The notes under the pieces were generated by a model. It saw nothing but the letters and a program-made list of their open reading frames with translations. It was not told where the DNA came from and made no database searches. From NCBI GenBank assembly GCA_004764695.1, contig SMSO01000007.1, positions 620,001-684,000 of the forward strand: a stretch of DNA of 64,000 nt, given 5' to 3'. The stretch comes from Schizochytrium sp. TIO01. Lineage: Eukaryota; Protista; Bigyra: Labyrinthulomycetes. Shown here one piece after another: positions 13,980 to 22,553 of the stretch (the stretch's first letter is position 1; each line of letters begins with the position of its first letter). A program made the position numbers and the translations under genes.

Positions 13980-16670
13980 ATGCAGGGACATGGTTCAAGG
14001 GCTCGTACGACTGGACTCTCGTCGTCATCTTCAAGGGCAAGCACAGGGCTATCGTCAACCACAACTTCAATTACAAATTCATCATCGTCCTCATCATCAA
14101 CTAACAATTCTTCATCTGGAGTAAAGGTAGAAACTTCTCAAGTGTCACAAATAAATGAAGAAGGCCCAGTTCTTCAGATCGAGACCCCTGCTTGGCAACC
14201 ATCCGATGTTTTCGCTCCAAATAACATTCTCCATATCAAAGAGAAACGACCCTTGGGAGCAACTCGTGGGAACACAACTGTCCCTCAAGCACCAGAACTC
14301 ACAGTTCGAATTCTAGCTCAAGGTGTTGGTTGTGAGAAGAATTTGGCAGTTCGTGCTACATTATGGAGCTGTGGACCTATCTCGCAACAAGCCCGCTTTC
14401 TTGCTAAAAAGGGCTTGTCCAAACTCACTCCCAAAAATGGTGAACATTTTCGCACTCTTCGAGGTAAGACCACCATTGAATGTCAGCAAAATATTGCCCT
14501 CTTTGGCAGTGTCACAGAGGATGGTTATCGCACAGCTGTCTTACGTTGTGTTTTCTCACGTGCTGCACGGATTCCCTGTAAACGGAATTACATTACACTC
14601 AAACTAGAGTGTGTCCGTGTAATCGCACAGCAAGATAGTTCTCCAAATCAAAACTCCCTCAGTAGTCGAGGAACAACAAATACACCATCTGCCCGGCAGG
14701 AAAGCCCCCGTACTAGGGTGCGGGGAGGGCTCCCACCAACCCCACCTAGATCAGCAACAAGACCACCAAACGGAGATGCAGACGCCGCAACCTTAAACGG
14801 AGGAGCGCTTATAAGTGCTTCTTCCTCCTCCTCCTCCTCTTCTTCCTCTGTGCCCGTTCAACGAGGCCCTTCTCAACAGTTTCAACAACTCTCCAACACA
14901 ACGCAGCCAGTCTCTTCCCATGTACATCCTGCACGGGTTGAGTTGAGTGAGGAAGAGGAAGATGATGACGAAGATGATGACGAAGAGGAAGAGGAAGATG
15001 AGGAGAGCGAACACTCCAGCGATCCCCGGGGTTCTTCCCTTTCCCAAGACTCCCTTGCCAAATCCTCGGCAAGTAGTAAAACCACCACAGCGGAGATCGT
15101 TCATGTCGCTGAGGTTCCTGAAATTCTCACCTGTCGCATTTCAATCTCAGAAAAGGCCATGTGCCCTCGTGCATGCGATGCGCGTCGCAAGCAGGACCCC
15201 ACACGCGCCCGCATGCAACATCAATTGCAAGAACAACAGCAACAACAGGGATATGTTGCACAAGTGGTGCAGCAGCAGCAGCAGCAACAACAACAACAAC
15301 AACGACAGCAAAATCTAATTTTGCAACATCTTGGTCTACCTGGCACAAGCCAGGTTGTTCAGCCTTCAAGAAACACCGGCGCTACTGGTGCCTCTGCAAT
15401 GAGCTCACAAGGCCTCGATATGGCTTTCCTGCAAAGGATGCAAGCTGCTGCGGCTGCGGCTGCGGCTGCCACAGGAGCTACACCACAGTATTATCCTTCA
15501 TTACACACGGAACCTGCTTTACAAGCTTCCTCCGGCATTAACTCTTTAGAGCAACCTCAAGTAAAGCAAGAGATTCAGCAATATCTTCAGTATCTCAGTG
15601 GTCACACCAATGGCAATAATGAGATCCATCACATTAACAGAGATAATCATACTGAGTGGCTCCAGCAACTTTATGCCGCAAATAGCTCTTCCTCCATCAT
15701 TCCACAACAGCATCTTCAACAGCCTTATGGAAACGAGGACCATCTTCTTCGAACTCTGCATGCAACAGCTGCAGCTGCAGTGGACCCAACAACAAGAGAT
15801 ATCATTCTGCAAGAATTATGTGCAAGACTACAGAACAACCCAGAAGCCATGGCTGGATTTCTTGCTTCTTCTCTCCCTGCATCCTCATCCTCATCAGCTT
15901 CGTCTCAGCTTCCCCCTCTCTTATCACAACAACAGAGACAGCGACAACTGCAGTTATTGCAGCACAATCAAGGAGATATTCCCCCCTTTTCTCGAACTGA
16001 TGCCCCACATCTCTTGTCTTCTCAGCAGATGAATTCCTCGAGCTCAAATCTCACAACAGAGCAACCCTTATTCTCCACAAGAGAGGATAGCTGGCCATTA
16101 CCCTTTCCAAATCGAGAAAGAGCATCTTCACTGGTACAGTCTGCAGCGTCGTCAACTTCATCACCTCTGCAAAACCTGCTGCCGCAAAACTCACCAGTGA
16201 ACCCCACAAACGTCGCAGCTTCGTTATTCTCTTCTCAAAACGCTCGCTCCGCTTTAGGCTCGTCTTCTTCGTCGTCGTCATCAGCCTCGTCATCTCCGGT
16301 GCTTGAGGCCTTGGCATCAGCGCCCTCCACACGGATTCCATTTGGCAACACGCAAAATTCTTCGCTAGCAGGAAACCCTGCATTACGACTGTACCATTCA
16401 GACGCCAACCAATACACCCAGACAGGTGCTTTACAGCAGTTGATGATGTCCCAGGATAACGAGCAACAGCTTGGCCAGCAACAGGTCCAAAGCTTCCAGG
16501 CAACGCCTGATTTCCAAAACCTTTGGTCCAGGCGATCAACCATCCACCAGCAGCAACAGCAACAGAATATGTTTAATACTAGCAACAGCAGCAGCGGTAA
16601 CAATGGTGGTCTTCACAACCGGAACAATGATTACAACAACACATTTCCCCGCGCACCCCACCAACGCTGA
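13980..16670 (+). CDS. 896-aa Ser/Gln-rich protein of unknown function, with a globular N-terminal region and long polyQ/polyS/acidic tracts; possibly a transcriptional regulator
   Basis: 2.7-kb uninterrupted ATG-initiated ORF, GC-richer than its flanks, with low-complexity tracts kept in frame. No family motif recognised. Confidence 0.85.
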   Translation: MQGHGSRARTTGLSSSSSRASTGLSSTTTSITNSSSSSSSTNNSSSGVKVETSQVSQINEEGPVLQIETPAWQPSDVFAPNNILHIKEKRPLGATRGNTTVPQAPELTVRILAQGVGCEKNLAVRATLWSCGPISQQARFLAKKGLSKLTPKNGEHFRTLRGKTTIECQQNIALFGSVTEDGYRTAVLRCVFSRAARIPCKRNYITLKLECVRVIAQQDSSPNQNSLSSRGTTNTPSARQESPRTRVRGGLPPTPPRSATRPPNGDADAATLNGGALISASSSSSSSSSSVPVQRGPSQQFQQLSNTTQPVSSHVHPARVELSEEEEDDDEDDDEEEEEDEESEHSSDPRGSSLSQDSLAKSSASSKTTTAEIVHVAEVPEILTCRISISEKAMCPRACDARRKQDPTRARMQHQLQEQQQQQGYVAQVVQQQQQQQQQQQRQQNLILQHLGLPGTSQVVQPSRNTGATGASAMSSQGLDMAFLQRMQAAAAAAAAATGATPQYYPSLHTEPALQASSGINSLEQPQVKQEIQQYLQYLSGHTNGNNEIHHINRDNHTEWLQQLYAANSSSSIIPQQHLQQPYGNEDHLLRTLHATAAAAVDPTTRDIILQELCARLQNNPEAMAGFLASSLPASSSSSASSQLPPLLSQQQRQRQLQLLQHNQGDIPPFSRTDAPHLLSSQQMNSSSSNLTTEQPLFSTREDSWPLPFPNRERASSLVQSAASSTSSPLQNLLPQNSPVNPTNVAASLFSSQNARSALGSSSSSSSSASSSPVLEALASAPSTRIPFGNTQNSSLAGNPALRLYHSDANQYTQTGALQQLMMSQDNEQQLGQQQVQSFQATPDFQNLWSRRSTIHQQQQQQNMFNTSNSSSGNNGGLHNRNNDYNNTFPRAPHQR

Positions 16671-17600
16671 TAATACAAAACGCATCTATTATATTAATGC
16701 GCAAAAATTCGTCAATCCTGCTTCTGTGTTTGATGCAAACACAACCGATGTTGATATAATTTGTCTTGGCTGTGAAAAGCAAGCATTCGCTACTTTTGTA
16801 CAAATGCTTTCTTTTTCTATTCTCAACCCTCCTTAAGAAATGATTCAGCCTTGAGGCATTGTTTTATCAAGGTCATGAAGGATAACATGATCACCATTCT
16901 CCTGTATGCTTTTCGTTCATCTATTCATGATATTTGCAAAATTGAAACTTGTTATGGTAATTCCGTTTTTAGACTCTTTTTTAAACATGGCTTCCTTTCC
17001 TTCCTCTTGTCTAATCGCCGTCCAAACTGAAATTTATTATCTACCACTTCGTCTCACGTTAGCCAGTACGACTAGATCCTAGAATCAGTGCGCCAAGGTA
17101 GCTAGCTATCACTACTTTCTTTCCAGTTTGCAATAGTTTACATCTCTGGAAAAATACGATTCAAAGCGGAGAGGTTGTAAATTCGCAGGCCAGCTTTTCT
17201 CCTTGAGATTATATTTTGAGAATGTATACCTCCTTTACTACTTGGATGTAAACTTATAGATTTATTTCTCTCCAATGAAATAATAGAAACAGCACCATAA
17301 ACCATGCTCTACTGCCACCTAATACCTAATGGTAGGTTTACACAGAATGGAAACCCAACATATATAGAACAACTTAAACTTTAAATTCAGTTTGAACAGA
17401 TACGTCAAGTGGTCTTGAGCCCAGCTCCCAGTTTCCTCAATCTCTCATACACATCACTCTGATAGCAGCGAAGGTCTGCACTTATGAAAAGGTTAGAACT
17501 TACAAGACCTCCACACGGTAGTGTCTATTCCATATTAATGATAGGCCTATATATTATAGTTATTCAGATCTTGGTTAAAAAATAGAGGTTCGATAAGAAA

Positions 17601-18246
17601 ATGGCATGGCCAAGGAACCACCAATCTCCAAACACTGCATGTGAAGCAAACCTTCAATACAAGCCAGCAAAGCACTTCAACCAGAAGTTTGGAATTCAGC
17701 GAGTGTCCTTCGGGGGCCTTCCCGGAGGCAATTGCATGTACGCAAGTGGCAACGTTGAGCATCCCTATGACTGAGGTTTCTTCCGGCGCCCGCGAGCTAT
17801 GCAGCACTGGCCGAACAATTATCTACGCCAGAGTGTCCTCCCGCCAAGAGAAGAGAAAGCTCCAAACGCCAGATTGCCAGACGTCCCCGCCGCCTACAAA
17901 GACATCGGTAGAGGGATTGACTTGAAAGGCCGGACTTGAAAGACCCTACTGGACACATATGACAACGGCGGATCTCGCCGAGCTGTGGTCAGGTACCGCG
18001 ATTGACTTCTACAAATCGCTGTCGACCTCCTTAAGGATCTTGTTTTCTAAAAAAATGCACAACTCGCGGCCAAGATGCACACGCCGGGGACTTCGACACC
18101 TTCAAAAAACTTGCCATCACCGTATTTGGACCGTCGCATTACGGAAAAGTAGCAGCGCAAAATAGACGGCAATGACCCAACGGGAAGAAGAGAGCGCGCG
18201 TGGAGGCACACAAGACGACCAAGAAGGAGTATCTAGTTTGTGCTAA
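17601..18246 (+). pseudogene. tnpA: IS607 TnpA pseudogene (MerR-like HTH + serine recombinase)
   Basis: From ATG 17601: ...YKPAKHFNQKFGIQRVSFGGLPGGNCMY (HTH remnant). Then IIYARVSSRQEK (catalytic Ser codon 17836-38), KRQI, KDIGRGIDLKGRT*KTLLD...AVVRYRD*L (DIGSG and RDRL motifs, from 17898) and LAITVFGPSHYGKVAAQNRR (C-terminal helix). Several frameshifts and stops. Confidence 0.9.
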
Positions 18247-19430
18247 AAAGGTTCGTGTCTATCCAACGAGAAATGGTTGGCGTCGCCAGAAATGCTTACA
18301 ACATTGGTGTTGCCTTTCAGTATGATTAGTCCAAAGGTAAGGACGAAGTCATGGCCCTGCATCAAGATACATGCTTCAGGAAGGGCCCTAACACAAACTA
18401 AGTCCTGAATGACGAAGGAGGTAATCCTAAAATGTTCGGCGATAGCAATGGAGAAAAGAAAGGATTGTGTCTTAAAGAAGGCTTACGCGCGCCTGGTTGG
18501 GTCTTCGAAGTACCACAAGCTGAGCGTAATTCAGGATTCGTTGATTTTTTCAAAACTTTCGATACTGACCAAGCCCAAAATGACAAAACAGCCGCCACCA
18601 AAAAAAAGGCACTCGCTCTTTTAACTGCAAAACGGGATAAAGCCCAGAGGTTGGGTCGCGCGATTTTTTCTCAAAAGCTTTCGTACCTTTATGGAAAAGT
18701 TTCCCGACCAAGCAATTAATTCAAACGAATCGCCTGGGTCATGTTCGCCTCTGCTTTTTGCATGAATGAAAGGTACGGTCTGAAGAGGAGGCACCCGATG
18801 TGCACCATAGTACCTTTGTCTTGGACCCAGGAGTACGCTCATGGCAGACTATATGACGACGCTGATGGCCAAGCCATTGAAGGAGAGACAAAAAGGAATA
18901 AAAAACATACTCTTTCTCTGTCACTGTGCTAACATAAATTATGTCGTCCAAGGAAAACTGGCTCAAAAGAAAAGAGATAACCTGCCTCAAGACGTGCATA
19001 CCTATGACACTCCTCAAAATTAAGAACAAGACCACCGAGATTCACCGCAAGCTTGGACGTTGCTTCCATATGGAAACTACCGTGCTATCATGTTGCCTAG
19101 ATTTGAAACCACTTGGGTGGTGAACAAGTTAACAAGTTAACGCGATGGGTTAAAAGCAAGTCAATTCGAATAATATTCGTTGAGACCTCTTCAGCTTCTT
19201 CCCGTCCAGCGCTCATCCACAAAGCCGGGGTTTTCCACTGATGTAAACTTGTGATTTGCCGAGAGGGTTATGCTTCAAAAACATGCAATAAACGCGGGTA
19301 TCTACAAGCTTAGAAACCGATTGTTTTCAAATGCCCAAAATGCAAACACGTAGCCGATCGACACCGGAGGCATGCTTTCGCGCTACCTACCCAAGGACAT
19401 GATTGTAAAAAAAATACGATCAAAAACTAA
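18176..19430 (+). pseudogene. tnpB: Fanzor2 / IS607 TnpB RNA-guided endonuclease pseudogene
   Basis: Motifs in collinear order across frames: KKVRVYPT (18245), GVARNAYN, WVFEVPQAERNSGFVDFFK, TNRLGHVRLC, RuvC-I FVLDPGVRSWQT (D 18824-26), KIKNKTTEIHRKLG, NYRAIMLPRFET (P 19096), LIHKA, KLVICREGYASKTCNKRG (E 19263-65), VFKCPKCKHVADR (19323-61), SRYL. Many stops, frameshifts and short deletions. Confidence 0.92.
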
Positions 19431-19540
19431 CCTGCGATTGGGACTTAGACCTAACCCCCCAAGCACCGTATTAGGAAATGCGGGTTTTGCAAATGTTACA
19501 AGTTATGTACTAAGCGTCTGGTAATAATACAACACTTTGG
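19430..19540 (+). ncRNA. Putative omegaRNA (right-end RNA) scaffold of the Fanzor2 element plus flank-derived guide
   Basis: Lies directly after the nuclease ORF. Hairpins ttggg-acttaga-cctaa (19438-54) and ccgtatt-agga-aatgcgg (19466-83). ttagac (19445-50) can pair with gtctgg (19516-21) as a pseudoknot. Structure judged by eye. Confidence 0.5.
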
Positions 19541-22500
19541 AGTAGTCTATTCTGGCAGTGAGCATCTACCTGCTCATAGGGGAGTGAGTATCTCGTCGAG
19601 TAAAATGTACCTATCTACTAGTAGTAGACAGGCAGGTATGTATGTATGCAGCACATCTGCTATGGTGACGTGAGCTTTAAAAAACACGCGGGGGGAGAGA
19701 GGGCATAGGAGAAAACAGGCGAAAATCTGGGGGGGGGGGGGATCTACTTCTCCTCCCCAAAACATTGTGTTGGCGAATTTTCTGATTTGCAATTTATAAG
19801 ATGAATAGCTTTAACTGTGGGATGTGACATGACATTTAGCTTTAAATCTAAAACTCTTTATGAATTGTGTTACTGGTTTGATCAAGAACATACAGTGATG
19901 ACACTCATCTACTTCCACTGTAAATATTCAATTCTACTACCACTGGGTCTCCTCACAAGGTATATACAATAGTGTTTTATAGTGGCACATTAAACTGGAT
20001 TGTATTTGTACATTTAAAATCGCATCGAAACCAATACCAAACTGTTCTCAACAATTTGCGAACCTTGACAAACCTACCTTGGTTTCTGCGCTTGGACAAC
20101 CGAAATGACGCCATATTAAACAAGTGAATGAAAGGCATTTTGAATAGAAAAGTATTTCCTGTTTTTCAGATATTGGGTTTAAAGACTTACTTGCCTCATA
20201 AATGAATCATCAATCAAGGAAAGCAAGCCACTTTGAGCATATTCTCAAAGCTTTTGGGGACGAAGTAGGAGAAATGGTATCAAGTAAATTTCTCGATAAC
20301 AGCTAGTACAGAATATTTATTTAACCCATCCAAAATATCATTTTGATGTTTCTGGTTTTGTTGTTTTAATACTTGTCAGTATTTTGATTAAAGAAACACC
20401 CCCGAGAATATTGATTCCTCTATAAATGGTCAGTTGATTCACAGCAGCTTCTGAAATTCAGTTGATATGAATACGATGTAGTCCTAGCCTCATTCTGAGC
20501 TTTATCTACAATTTAAGTAGCTGGAGCATCACCAGTATAGATCCTCGCATAGAGTTCGCATAGAGTTCGGAAGATGAAAGATCACATTTAGAAAACATTA
20601 AAATAAGATGAACTAAGGCTTGTCTGCAACGTTCTTGTGAATATTTTGGAGTCCGCAGACTAGCTGTAAGTGAAATATATAGAATGAAAGTTTGGAGGCC
20701 TATATGTATTGGCCTATCTTGTGGATGTGCTGATTGAATATCAACCGCAAAGTCTAAAAAGTCCACAATTTGAGAAGTGCGACTATTTTGCGTGTGAGCT
20801 CTACATAGCAAAATTTTCAGTTATGTGAAGTAAACTGAGATAGACCTCAGTGGTTTTGCTCGAACATCGCATGTTTGAGTAGACTAGCCTGGGTTTAAGA
20901 GGCCAGAATACCACATGTTTGACTCTTGGTTGGTTTAGAACAGAACGTTATTCTAAAACGTTCCAAATAATCTCCATACGAACTCATAATCGTTCTAAGC
21001 GCGAGGTTTTTGCTCAGTTGGAGAAGAGACTTTTGTCAGCATGGAGCCCAGCCCAGGTATGCAGCCCACCTACGAGTACCTCACTGTCTTGTAGCAGGCA
21101 TAATTCTAAATGGCCTACAACAAGTGATGATTATTTGACCTTTCAAAGTTCTATTGGGCCTATCTTCTGTTTCATTTTTAAGTTATTTCATGCATTCATC
21201 CAAATGATAAGTAAATTAGGCCTGATTCTTAGCTTTTTATTATATACTTTATCTTAATCAAAATAAGAGACCTCTGACTAGTAGCAATGAAGATGAAGTG
21301 GGAGTGACTACTCACATTCCTATGCCTGCCCCTCCTTCCCATATTACCCTCATTTTGGTTTTTCAGGCATAGCTCTCTAGCCCTAGGCAGAAAGCTAGGT
21401 CCACCTACCACCCACTCACTACTGGGTAGCCTATGGGGTCTCCACATCCCCGCTGCCTAGTAGAACCTCTACCTCCTACCATAGCACTGTTTCCTCTGCA
21501 TCTCTCCCCTTCGCGTGATCAACAGACGCGGCTTTGAGGTCGGAGTCCGGTGCACCATCGATTTTTTCCCGGCCCTCTCGAGGCCCCCCCCTTCCCCACT
21601 GCGAAAGTTGCCATGGACTCCCCCCTCTGCTCCGCACCTTATGGGGCCGCCTCCCTCACAGCCCTCCCCAGTGACGCGCCCCTCACATGCCACTGCAATG
21701 GAGAAAAGGACGACTCTCCTCCCAGCCCCACTGCCCTCTCTGAGGGACAGTGGGAAAGGGAGGTGTCGCAGCGAAGACTCGGGGGCGCTCGTACAAGACC
21801 GACAGGGCGACACTGGGTCGGTTGCGAAGAGGCTGCGCCGAGTCCGGCAAATCGGAAAGGAGGGAGGCAGACCCGGAATCAAGGGAGGGCCGCGCGCCTT
21901 ATTATTAGAGGGACGAGGAGGCGGCCGGCGGCGGAGAGGAACGCCTGGAACAGGTGGAACACGTAGAACTCCCGGAACGGATAGAACGCACGAGGCTGGA
22001 AACGAGACACGGAGTAGTCGTGGACTACGTCTGACTTACTAAGTCAATTGATCTTCTGGGCGGGCACTGCCGTCTTCCTTCCTGAGGCCCACCCACCCTC
22101 AATTGCTTGCTTGCTTGCTTGCTTGCTTGGTTCTTCTCTGCTGGACTGGGTTGCACGTAGGTACAGGAGGCGGATCAGCACACAGCCAATAGAGCTGACT
22201 CGCCAGCGTCAACAGCAAAAGGGTTGTCTGCTCTTCATCGTTCGTGCTTGTTTGGCATATATATATAATCATCTCCTTCCCTCTCTCTGCTAACTAATTA
22301 GGTTGGAACTCGTTGCAGGTTTTGTTGCTAGTTCTGCAGCAAAACAGGCTAAGGACTAGCGGAGGATATTGGAGTGCTACTCGGAGGAGGAGTCAGGGAG
22401 CGAGACTAAGCACCTGCTCACAACAACAAACTACCACACCATCACAACGAGAACAGCAACTAGTACCTCTACTTCGACGATAGAAAGGAGCAGGTCGATC

Positions 22501-22553
22501 AAAATATCTAGGAGACTGCTGCATAAGCAGCAGCAAATCACAAAACTCGCCGC

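Larger units (their letters stand above)
17473..19521 (+). mobile_element. Degenerate IS607-family element (tnpA serine recombinase + tnpB/Fanzor2), ~2.05 kb
   Basis: Both IS607 genes appear in the expected order after frame-stitching (next two features). Candidate GG junctions at 17473-74 and 19520-21; ttacaag and ttatg motifs occur near both ends. Element identity is strong, but the exact left end is tentative. Confidence 0.88.

Noticed and set aside
21469-22042. 137-175-aa ORFs on both strands
   Set aside because: Non-ATG starts in a GC-rich island upstream of the zinc-finger gene, with no recognisable motifs; more likely promoter DNA.
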